64,000 bases of DNA from Macrostomum hystrix (taxonomy: Eukaryota; Animalia; Platyhelminthes). Both the position numbers and the translations under genes were made by a program. Location: assembly GCA_950097015.1 (NCBI GenBank), contig CATNEN010000034.1, positions 7,750,001 to 7,814,000 on the forward strand, read 5' to 3'. Shown one piece after another: positions 47,849-59,870 of the stretch; positions within the stretch are counted from its first letter, which is position 1; each line of letters opens with the position of its first letter. Below the pieces are notes generated by a model that had not been told where the DNA came from, did not search any database, and was given only the letters and a program-made list of their open reading frames with translations.

Positions 47849-50800
47849 TAAGCAACTACCGAAAAAACAAAGCACCAATACCCTTTGAAATTATGTTTCG
47901 TAATCTTAGTCATCCGTATCCAACATTATTGATCTCTTATCCTCTATTTAGAATTTGGCCTGTTAAGCGCGTCCCTAGCACAGTGGCTCCAGCGATATTC
48001 ACTAATGCGACATTGTATGAGGGCGTTGGATTCTTGTTGGATTCGATTCTTGATTTATTAGAATTTAATTCTGTAGAATATTCAAAACACTGACTGAACA
48101 ATAGGATTTCATCAGAGGAGTCTAAACCAGTGGCAACCTGACTGCCTCGAGTATTGCCCAATTTCTTATGCCAATTACTATTTATTGAGTCAGGTTCTTC
48201 AATTCAGTATGTGTCTAGGACGAACTCAGCTGAGCAAAGCAAGCGATTAAACAAAAATCCACAGCGCTCATTGCTCATGCGAGTCAGTGTGTACAAGCCA
48301 GCGTCCTTAGCAAACAGTGACTGCTCAGTTTATCATGCATAATTTTGCATTGTGTGCGCCAGTGATTGCCAGAACTGGCATAGAGTGTTGCGTGTGTGCA
48401 TTGGCAGGCTGTGTCGTGAGCTGGAATACTAAAATTATTTGGCTCTGGGCGGGGCACTGCACTCCTGGAGACCAGAATCGTACCGTTCTAGGAAAATGCC
48501 CTACCTCCACCTTCCACTATCGTCTTTCCTGCAGCCTAGCCTAAAGCAGTGAGCATGCGTGCAGCCTTATAATCACAGATTTAGTACTGATCCCCACACC
48601 TATTTTAAATCCCAGTTTTCAAAGCCCTCTCTGGTTGGCTACATGTTTGCAGCAATAACAATTCTGCCGGTCGCCGATGTTGAAAACTTTTCGCAAAGGC
48701 AGCTTCGTAGTTTGCGAATTTCGCAGCCATTGCGAAGCTTCTCTTCTGTTTTGCTGCTCAAAAACTTTCTCTATTCTTGAGCTGGCGCGCTACCTTCTTA
48801 TTGAGTGGCTTAGGATTCTTTTGACTCATTCCGACAATTCCCATTGCACTGACTCCCACCGCTTGACTGCTCTGCACCCACTCCCTCAGTCTCTGAGCAC
48901 CCTTGAGACGATCTGCTCCGGACCGCCTCCGAAAAAGCTTCTCAACTGCCAAGTCCAACACTGAGCTCCTAGCGTCCTGAGCAGTCGAGTACTTGGATGT
49001 TTGCAGTCACTCTACTTTGCCTCCTCACTGCTAGTGTAGTTGCTCCATAGCCAGCGGTACCTTATGAAATGCGCAGCTCACAGATCTCATTAACGATCCA
49101 GTCGGAAGCAGTTGCTGACAGAAAATATTCAACAGATGTCAGCAGCGCAGTCTTGTCCGACAGTAGAACTCAAAGAGAGTCTGAACTCAAGGATTTCATT
49201 CGTTAACAGCTTGCACTAGGCTGGCAGTATGAGTCCTGTTGTTGCCAAGCAGTGCTGGCTGATAAGGCCAAGGCAAATCCAGCGGCATTTCGCAACTTGC
49301 ATCAGCGAGGCAAACAAAGCTCACGCAAACGAAGCCAAAACCGGTGGACACCCCCCACCCTCCCTGACCTGACCTCCCTGTTGCAACCTCACAAGCTAGA
49401 TCCCATCCGTGAGGATTACTCACGCCCCGTTATCGAATACCGTCCGTTTATTCAGTTGGCTTAATAGACCAGACCGACTGCAGTGGGGACAGAAAATGTC
49501 GGAGCTCAGTGAGATTTGAAATCCCCTTAAATCTGACTTGCTGCCGCTTTGCATTGGCTGTTCTGGTCTGGCTGTAATCCAGTTTGGACCAAACTCTCCT
49601 TGCTCAAGAAATGAAATCATTTTCCCCGTCTCTGGCTTCACCCTATCAGGGATGTTGACTCCAGCAGTGGACTTTGAGAGAGTTCCTTTCCGTTATCGGG
49701 GATTCTGCAGCTTGCTTGATTCGTTTGATCCCAGGTCGTTGTGCCGAAACAGTTGCACTCAAACTTTGCTGGCTCAGAGAGGCTGCATTCTCATCTCATA
49801 TTCTCAGAGTATGCAATATTTTCCCTACAGTTTAATCGCCCAATGAATTTCTGCAGCGCCCTCACCTTTCTCAATTCTGCTCCAAGTCTTCTCAACCAGA
49901 AGCCATATTAAAAAACTCTAAATTCTTTGACAGAGAGTGAGAGGAGAAATGGGGTTTGGGAAGAAATTGAATTTCAGGTAGGGCAATGAGCCGATACCGG
50001 GGAGCGGCCCTTATTGTCCTCGACTACTTCCTGTGGTTTCCCGAAATCCCAAGTCTCCAAAGTCCCATCCAGGTTCAGGTGGCTGTGTAACGCCAGTCAC
50101 GCAGCAACTGCTTCAGTCTCCTCGGGGATTTTATGGGATATTTCTGTTCAACTTTGACATGGATTGAGCCTCCTGCATACCTATTCTATAACTGTTATAT
50201 TAAATTGGTTCACACCAGCTCACAGTCACTTTCAAGCTGAATTAGAATGCAAAAAGTGCCGCCATAATTGTTGGAGCATTGGTGCAACATGCTGAGAGCA
50301 TTGCTAGAGTCAGTTCTGAACTCTCCGTGATGAAATTTTCTCCCTATCTCGCCCCATCTTTCCTGTTGTCTGTGCTAGAATCCCAAAACCTTATCCGAAC
50401 CCTCGAGGCACGGAGCACTGGAAAATGTGGGATCATGTGCGGAGGAGAAAACAGGCGGTGAGGAGACAATCATAAAGCGGGTCAATTTCAGCCCCATTCG
50501 CAACATCGAATCCGAGGTCGGTGTTCCTGATGAAGGACAGAGGCTGCAAGCGGGAATGCGAAGAGGCCATTTTACAGCCCCGGGTCAGTGGTTTAATCAC
50601 CATTGCACTCCCTCCCGCACAAAACTCATCGCCGATGAGCTCATGCATCTCTATCTGTGCTCAACATCTCTATTTTAACGCTGGTGAGACCCTATTTTAT
50701 CGGGTCCCAAGAAGCAGCGTTGTGTGACGACTGAGAATCAACAGGGATAACAAGTAGAGGAGCTGACATTGCACTGCCCTCTGCTTCTGAGAACCATTGC

Positions 50801-50888
50801 GTCAGGAATGTTGCAAGGTACATGAAGCAGCTACAGTCTTCCTCATTCACCTCTCCTTTCAGCTCCGTTGCCATCAAAGACAGCGTCT

Positions 50889-53800
50889 ATGGCCAAGCGG
50901 GTCTGTCATCAGCTGCTCCAGTTGGCCACAGCGGTCGCTCTAATCCTGACTGCGCTCGCTTACGAAGTGGCTTTCCGCATCGACGAGGAGACCGACTTGA
51001 AGGCCACGGTGGGCAACGTGTGGAGCAGCCTGCGACGCCCGCCTCCTTCGCCGGATTTCCGCATCATTCCGGCCTCGCCCTACTTCTACATCGACCGTGA
51101 CAGCAACGTCCGCATCGCCAGTCGCATCGACCGCGAAGACCCGGCCGCCTGCCCCGACGCTTCCGAGACAACCGACTGCGTCATCGAGTTCAACGCCTTC
51201 AACGGCTCCACACGAGTCGTCGTCAAGGTCACCATCAACGACATCAACGACAACTCGCCAACATTCAAGTCACCAATCAAAGAGATCTACATCGAGGAGG
51301 GCGATCAGAGATTCAGGTGTGAGAATAGGTTAATGACACAAAATTCAATCAGGAAAATGAAATGGGCAGAACCAGTAGAAACTTCGATTCCAACACACAA
51401 TTATCAATGTATCGCTCCACCTGCCTTCACTTCCACAGCCACCCACTCGACCTGGCCACCGACGCCGACATCGGAGACAACGGCATGGCAACACGGGGCC
51501 GCTACTTCCTGCAGGAGGATGAAGACACTTTCGCTCTCTACCGCAGTCAACGTGACCTGCTCAGCCTTGTGCTCAAAGGTTCCCCAGTCATAGACTATGA
51601 GCAGGAGCGCCAGTACAACCTCACCCTGAAAGCCTGCGACGGTGGCCGAGAGGAGCGCTGTGCCAGCCAGCTGCTGCTGGTGCGAGTGCGTGATCGCAAC
51701 GACAACCAGCCGAACGTGACTCAAATCTGGAACCCGGATGTGAACGAGTCCGCGGCTGTTGGCGACCTGGTCGCTCGAATCTACGCCCACGATCGTGACA
51801 GCGGGCTGAACGGCCAGCTGAGCTACACCATCACCGACAGTCGAGCAGCGGCAACGTTCGCCATCGACTCCAAAGGTCAAATGACTCTGCGAAGGCGGCT
51901 GAACGCCCGCACAAAATCCGATTACGACATTCCAGTGCTGGTGTCCGACGGAGGCGTGCCTCAGCGACAGGTGACCATCAAATTCCGTCTCCGGGTCATT
52001 GACGTCAACGATCACGCGCCGAAGATCACGGTGACACCAATGCCCGGAGGTGGTGGCTCAGACTCGGTCAGCATTGCTGAAGGCAGCCTCATCGACCAGA
52101 CACTTGCCTTTATTCAGGTAACAGAAGCCGATTGCTAATCATTGCCGTAACCAGTCAATAAGGGACGGATTGGGATACCCGTTAGAGAGATATTTAAAAC
52201 GGAGTATTTCGAAAGAACACGACAGTTTGTCCTCTTAGGTCCTGATCGATTCCTGTTCATTGTACCAGTACACATTTGGGCAGATCTCCCCTTAGTCTTC
52301 TCTTAGAGATGGGATAAAACGCATTCCACAGTGACCGTGAAATCGCCCGATATGACATCCAACAGGCTACCGACGGCGATCTGGGAGAGAACGCCCGAGT
52401 CACCTGCAGCCTGGCCCCCGGCTCGAGGGGCGGCAGCAACTTCCGCCTCAGAGAGTCTTCAGCCAGCGACTACTTTCTCCAGAACACGCGCCAATTCGAC
52501 TTTGAGCTCACTCCGGAACTCACCGCGGAGATCCGGTGTCACGACGCTGGAAACCCACCGCTCAACGCCAGCCAGTTGGTTCGGGTTCGAGTCATCGGCC
52601 AGAACGAGTTCCCGCCCAAAATCGAACTTCCGGATAAGGCGTTCTTTGTCACGGTGGAGGAGACTCATCCAGGCGGCGGGGTGCGAGCAGGCGACCACCT
52701 GCTCACCGTGACCGCGCAGGACAAGGACAGAGGCGACAGGCTGATTTTCCATTTGGACGGGCCGCACTCGAGGTTCGTAATTTCGGGAACATTGCCAAGA
52801 CAACTTTTTAATGCTGTAAATGAAAAATGCATGCGGAACACATCCCATATCAAAGTCGAATCTGCATAAGCACTGTACATTTTCACTCGCACAGGTTCTT
52901 TGTCATCGCGGACAACACCACCGGCTATTCTGAGGAGCTCAGTGCAACCATGGCCACTGCCGTCATCCGCGTTGCCACCACAATCGACCGCGACACCTTG
53001 AACGCTCCTGGTGACTTGCTTCACTTCACTGTGATGGTCGCGGATACACAGGGTGCTGAGGGTTCGCATCACACCGCCACTGCCACTGTCACCGTCAGCG
53101 TGATCGACGCCAACGATAACGAGCCGCAGATCCGACCGCTCCAGATGTTCCAGCTCCAAGAGAACGTGAAGCCGCCCGCCCTGGCCACCTCGGGACTGCT
53201 CGGAGCTGGGAGCCACATTGCCTTCAGTGACGCCGACCAGGGCATCAACGCGCGAGTCGCATTTCGTCTTCTCGCTCTGTACGGCCGCAATGCGTCTGGT
53301 GATCGAGTCGCCTTTCCGATTCCCGGCCGACCGGGATTCTGGCCCCTGAATGTCACGGAGGCCGGCCAGATCAGTGCCGGAGAGTCTCTCGATCGGGAGG
53401 AGTTCTACGAGTACCAGCTCACTGTGGCCATTGTCAACCACGTGGCAAGTCCACAGCTCAGCTCTGTGTCTGAGATCACTGTTCAAGTGATGGACGAGAA
53501 CGACAATCGGCCAGAGTTTGTGTTTCCCGCTAGACGAGGTGCCAGCATTGTTATCAGTGCTGGCCATCGGGTTGGCGACGAGGTGACCCGTATCGAAGCT
53601 CGCGACCGAGACGAGGTCGCCAACATCACCTACACGCTGGTGGGCGGCTCCGGGAGTGCCTTCTTTGCGCTGGACAAATTCACGGGACAGGTGAGTGTCA
53701 TTAGCGATTGTATTAGTGAATAAGGCTGGCTTTTCTGAAGCATCGATGTATGCTGAAGCGTGGGTTGCCGTTATTTATAAAAATGTTCGCATCGTGCAAA

Positions 53801-56800
53801 TTCGAATTTTTTGAACCTTTAAATCAAACTTCATCAATTTGTTCAGGTGCGGCTTATTCACGAACTCACGCCAGGTCAGCATGAACTGATGATACGTGCT
53901 GACGACAACATTTTGTACAGCCAATCGGAGCAGACCATGTTGCTGATCAATGTTACACAGTATAGCGGCCTTGGCATCGGCCAGTTCAAGGATGTTCACG
54001 TGAACCTATCGATCATTGTGGGCATGATCATTGTGACCGGTGTTGTCAGCATTGGTCTTGTTTCTGCAATAGTTTGTGTGAGACGTCGCTCGCAGAGTCG
54101 AGCCAGCAGCGGCAGCAGTGGCGACGGCGGTATTCACGACGGTAACGGCGGTTGCGGCGGCTGTGGCGGGTCCATGAGCTCGAGTCCCGAGTGCGAGAAG
54201 GACCACTGCCAGTGTCGCGGCTCACTGCCTGATCCGGAAGCTAGTGACCCGCTCTATAGTGGGCACCACATGGGACCATCGCCTGGCACGGGCAAGCGAT
54301 CGGAGAGGCACTTTCCGCTGACTACTTTCAGTCACAATGGCAGCACTTTTGATCTGCAGCCGTTGCCAATGATGGAGCATCAGCACCTGCAGCAGCAGCT
54401 GCTGCTACCTCAGCCGCAGCAGCTGCAACAGCCGCATATACTGCGAAATGAGGTTAGTTTCGCTTTCATTTGATGGCTTTAATTTTCATGCACTTAATCG
54501 GTTTCTATGGTGACTAATTGGCGCTCAACAGCTCGCCTCTTGCGCGCATCAACCGGCTTGCCTGACTTCAGCAGCATCAGAGTTGAAATTTCTGACAGCT
54601 TAAAATCGTTTTAAAGTTTTATGATAGTTGTCTCTCACTCAAAAATATTCTCCCTAGCAATTAGATTCCAATATGAACAGTGTTAAAAACATGACTCGCT
54701 CTCCACGATCGCCTCCTCCACCTGCTAAACCCAGGCTCCCGTGTGGCAGACCAGGCGGCACTTTCTTGTGTCCGTCTGACAGCACAGAACCGACACGCAG
54801 AACAGAGGGAGTCATAGAGGGAGATTTCGTATGGAAAAAATGGAATATATAAGGCGAAAGGGATCGGACCTGCGCAGCACTAGTGTGCGTTGGTGTCTGC
54901 GCAGTGGTTGCGTTATTGGCATATGTCACTCCGTGCGTGTTGCACCGTCGAAAATCACATCGCTTTTCCACACTTTCACATCCTGTTTCTATGTGTAAAT
55001 TTACTTATTCAAAGTGCATTAGTAGCAGCACAATGCTTGCCAGTTGCATTTTAGAAGGTGAAAATAGATGAGTAATATTCACCCCCATTACACCACAGCG
55101 AGCAATCAATGTGTGTCACTTAGAAATTATCCTAGAAGCACTGAATGGCAGGGCACAAGCACAAGCAAAAGTGCTTTCACGGCTAAGTGTCACCTCACGA
55201 GATTGATGTTCCGCTGCGGTTTTCGGAAGCCCTCGAGCCGCTTAGTGATCCTCACTCACTATGTATGTATTTTGCTTACCACACGGCGCTTTGTAATAGG
55301 ATCGAGTAATGAAAACGTTGCGGTAAACCTCAAGATCCAAGATCCAAGCGCCTAAAGCGCATCCGTGTCACGAACTGACGCACCAGAATTCTTCTATATT
55401 TTGAGGCTGGCAACGGGTGGTCCACTTGGAGCTGTCAGCATGAGGGCCAGTTGAGAAATCTTCAAATCGTTTGCTTTGCATTTTTAGCTTCCGTATTTTA
55501 TCCGCATTGAGTACTTCGAGCAAAGGCGTTTTACTAATGCCACTTTCACCTGGCCATGAGTGCCTACTCAACTCTCTTATTGAGGTGTCTCAGGTCCAAG
55601 TGTGAGAGCGCCACTGTCCCCTAGAAGCCTGTATCTTTCTCTTTGTCTTCTGGCCTACCTGTCCTGCCTATAAAGGTATCTAGGCTGATTTTCCACAGCT
55701 TGCAATGGAGAAATAAAACTGAGAGTTTAGTGCTACTAACACAAGCCATGACTATAGGACGAACACGGGCTGTGGAGTCACAGGAAATTGCTCGGCAGTA
55801 GCAACTGTTTAACCTGGCGCATCAAATGACGCATTAGATTATTTCCTGGGAAGAGAGTTTAACTTGGAACAGCTCATTCAGGGGGATCAGTTTATTGTGC
55901 TTGTACTTTTATAGCCTTCAGCTAATTATTATTCAGCTTAGCTTCACTACGCACGTAGCAAGAATCACTGTGCAGAGTAGGTGGGCAAAACGTTACATGC
56001 TTTGCTTACTGGTTAGGCATCGGGGAAATTATTTTTGAAGATTGAGTGCGGACTGAGAAGGTAAGAAAGGGATAAGGTTATGATGGGTTATTGTATCTGC
56101 TTTGAAATCAAAGGTAGATAGGGGGATATGGATAAAGACTAAGAGACGAGAACGGTAGAGAGACACATTTAGAGACTAATTGAGGAGAAAGGTAGAGAGC
56201 CACATAGAGACTAATTGAGGAGAAAGGTAGAGAGCCACATAGAGACTAACTGAGGAGAAAGGTAGAGAGCCACATAGAGACTAATTGAGGAGAAAGGTAG
56301 AGAGCCACATAGAGACTAATTGAGGAGAAAGGTAGAGAGCCACATAGAGACTAATTGAGGAGAAAGGTAGAGAGCCACATAGAGACTAATTGAGGAGAAA
56401 GGTAGAGAGCCACATAGAGACTAATTGAGGAGTAAGGTGGAGAGCCACATAGAGACTAATTGAGGAGTAAGGTGGAGAGCCACATAGAGACTAATTGAGG
56501 AGAAAGGTAGAGAGCCACATAGAGACTAATTGAGAGAAAGGTAGAGAGCCACATAGAGACTAATTGAGGAGAAAGGTAGAGAGACAGATAGAGACTAATT
56601 GAGGAGGGGATGAAAAGACAGTAAGACTAAGGTGGTAGAAAGACTTATCGAAGCTTTAAAGTAGAGAATGATACAAGAGTGGAGCGAAGAACATAAGGAA
56701 AATGAAGAAGCGAATGAGAGCAATGGGGGAGAGATTCCAGTGTGAAGTTACAAGAAATTAAAGTGCCTATCAGTTCTCGAATTGCTGTGAATCGAGCCAC

Positions 56801-58791
56801 CAAATGTTGCAATCCAAAGCATGAGGTAGTTTTCAAGACCGTTTGGATGAAGGATATTGATTTCGAAGGCCACCTCAGGCCTTTTCTGAAACATTTTCTG
56901 AGAAATGGATTCGCTTTCGTTGTTTAGTTATTCCTGGTTAATCCGGCATCAAACATTTCGAGCTTCTAAGCCTAGCGGACCAGCCGGATTAGGCTCCTGC
57001 CCGATTGCGAGAAAAATTGGAAGATGATAAAGGATGTTTAGGAAGTGGTTGGCTGCAGAATTTGCTTTCGGGCGATAAATAAATCGCTGAAGAATTGGGA
57101 AAATGTCGTTTTTCTGGTACCATAGAGTGCCTAATCTCTCTCACAGCAGTTGTCTCTTGAACTCTCTGCTTGTTCTCAAGTGTTCTCTCAATAAATCTTT
57201 GAGGGGATAATGAGGTGAAGATAAAGTTTGTTCTTTTTATCTGTCGTTCATCGGACTTGATCTCAAACTAGGGAGGGCAGAAACGATCAGCAGATAATTT
57301 CTAGAGTCTTCTTCGAGATTCTCATCTTTGTCAGAGTCGCTCTCTTTCTTAGAATTCGTGCATCTCAGCGGGTTGGGTAGGAAAATTTCTGACGAAATGA
57401 AAACTAATTAGCACTTCATTTTGGCCCGCTGTGAATGAAAACAAAATCCTCAGAGAATTGGAAGCTTCGGTGCTAGCCCGACCCAGCTCAAAGGTTTTTC
57501 TCGTTCTCATATTTTTCTGTTTATTTAGTACTGGCCGAGCTGAGACAGCTCAATTCTATCTTATGAGGGCCCCGCTCCTGAATTCCCAAGAGAGATCTCA
57601 AGTAAAGCCAAAAATGTTCAGGTAGACGAAGCCGACTCCTGTCTGTCTATTATCTTCCTCTCAGCGCTCGAGCTGTGATTGCGTAACACGACACGGCATC
57701 AATCGGAGATGAGGTGAAACGTTAGTCCGGGATGAGACTGAGCAGAGGACTAAGCTGGGTCACGGGGGCACCTCGATGACCTGGGATTTCACGCCCAGCA
57801 TCCCCCCGGCTTCAAGCGCTCTTCTCTATTCGGTTATCAACAGCTGAGCCAAAGATTTTCTGGGAGATGGCGGACTGCTAATTTCGATATCACACCCTGA
57901 CATTGGGAAGGAAACGATTTTGGGTAGGGAAGACTGCGCGGCAAGTCCTCACTTCCCGTGTCGAGAGGGCTGAGTTTCAAGAGCTCCCGTGACGCAACGC
58001 AGCTGAGCAGAACTCACCTGAATCTCGGCTGCATTTACCGCCTCTAACCTCCGCTGATCAATTTCACACCAATCCACTTCTGTCATTGTTTTATGATGAC
58101 AGAAAATATGCACAAATCTGTACACAATGCCCCACAAAATTGTATCACAAACATGTCTCGAGTCTGCTCACAGCCTGAATGCCATCCACTCCGTCCATCT
58201 ATCTGCAGGTTCTGGTCAATGCGCAGGACTTGGACGGCGAGAGCGCCGACTCGGGTCGCGGCGGCAGCGAGGATGGACACGGAGGTGAGACAGGCGCTAA
58301 TTAGACTACTCGCAGTAGGCTGGATGCAATTCATGGATTTTGGCTTATACGATATTTGGATACTTGGTTGATTTTTTTCAGCTCACCACCTGCTAATGGG
58401 CGGCTCACGATCAGCCACCCTGCCACCAAATGTGCATCACTATCACCATCAGCATCACCACAATCAGCCCTACCAGCTCCAGCAGCAACAGCAGCAGCAG
58501 CAGCGCGTGATGTCGCCACCGCCACACATCAAGTCGCCCTGCCAGTGCCTCGGTATTCCCGAAGACGAAGAGGACTCCATGTCGCCGGCCGCCGCTCTAC
58601 TCGGCGCCGCCGCTGGAGGCAGCTTCCTGCCACCGCCGGTGCCGCCGCACGGCGTCGAGTACGGCGGTGGCACTCTGGGGCGCAGGCAGCAGCCGACCCA
58701 GCACTATCAGCCGCCTCTGCTTGGCTACTATCAGCAGTCGCCGAAGCCGCCAATCAGAAACGGTGGCAGCGGCGCTGAGCGACTGTGCTGA
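50889..58791 (+). CDS. Delta-type (non-clustered) protocadherin, 7 cadherin repeats, 8 coding exons, about 1190 aa
   Basis: Exons 50889-51316, 51439-52117, 52366-52772, 52895-53690, 53847-54452, 54658-54828, 58209-58284, 58382-58791 (3573 nt, GT-AG, phases consistent; the 54658-54828 exon is the least certain). Signal peptide MAKRV...ILTALA. EC1 has the protocadherin DRE..C..C loop (IDREDPAACPDASETTDC). Linkers DINDNSP, DRNDNQP, DVNDHAP, GQNEFPP, DANDNEP, DENDNRP. TM segment LSIIVGMIIVTGVVSIGLVSAIVCV. Cytoplasmic DSGRGGSE motif. Confidence 0.9.
56171..56606. repeat. 35-bp minisatellite (GAGACTAATTGAGGAGAAAGGTAGAGAGCCACATA), about 12 copies, in the largest coding-region intron of the protocadherin
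   Basis: Near-perfect tandem copies. Confidence 0.95.
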
Positions 58792-59504
58792 GCTCCAGTT
58801 CGATCTGTCTGCCTAACAGACTTGTCCAGAAACGGCTCCGCCTCAGAATTAATCAGTTTTATATGCGTTCCACGAATCATCTGCATCTGCTGTCTCCATA
58901 GCTTCTGTGCGTGTTGTGCGAATCGATTTTTAAAAGGCCATGCCTGTGTTATTATTGTCAATTCAGCATTACGAAATTTGCATTATTAATATAGTAATTT
59001 AGGAAGTATTTTTGTCAGTTTTTTACGCTTTCTGCAGATGTAATAACTTACGCATAAAGCAGCAAAGTTGTGATCCATTTGCTTAACCAACATCTCTGCA
59101 ACAAGCATAAAATGTCTGCATTTATTTAGCAGAAAAACGTTGCAAAGTTTGCTGGCTTTAAACCAGCTAGCTAATAATCTACTTGCTGCCCTGTTGAATT
59201 ATTGCCTAAACTCACACCTGCCTTTAAGCTGTCGTACGAGTACAAATCAATTTTCATTCTATGTTGAATTCTCGACGCCGCGTTATAACATTGATTTCAC
59301 CCATGGTCTGCTTGCTGCAATTCAATCGTCAGTTGCAATGTCATATTTTCATGGAATTCACGAATGTCTCGAATATTGTTTATGTTGTCAAGCGGACAAC
59401 CTCTTCGTACTTTTAATTGTCTTGCATTGACCGAACTAATTTAGTGGTTGCGTACGACCATGAGATCATGGTGTCATGACCTGGCTTCCTCCCTCATTAT
59501 ACTT

Positions 59505-59870
59505 CTCTCCTTCTCCTTCTCTCCTTCTCCATCTCTCCTTCTCCTTCTCTCCTTCTCTCCTTCTCCTTCTCTCCTTCTCTCCTTCTCCTTCTCCTTCTCT
59601 CCTTCTTCTTCTCTTCTCTCCTTCTCCTTCTCTCCTTCTCCTTCTCTCCTTCTCCTTCTCTCCTTCTCCTTCTCTCCTTCTCCTTCTCTCCTTCTCCTTC
59701 TCTCCTTCTCTCCTTCTCCTTCTCTCCTTCTCTCCTTCTCCTTCTCCCCTTCTCATTCTCCTTCACCTTCCCTTCTCATTCTCCTTCACCTTCCCTTCTC
59801 ATTCTCCTTGTCCCCTTCTCATTCTCCTTTTCTTCTTCTCATTCTACTTCTCCCCTTCTCATTCTACCTT
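59505..59870. repeat. CT-rich low-complexity tract (CTCCTT/CTCCTTCT units)
   Basis: Almost purely pyrimidine on the plus strand. Confidence 0.9.

Noticed and set aside
50868-50888. Longer protocadherin N-terminus MPSKTAS from the ORF track
   Set aside because: It begins at TTG just after a splice acceptor; the first ATG (50889) directly precedes the signal peptide.
56742-56927. 61-aa intronic ORF ending DIDFEGHLRPFLKHFLRNGFAFVV, faintly like a dioxygenase segment
   Set aside because: Too short, no supporting neighbouring exons, and the resemblance is not specific enough to support.
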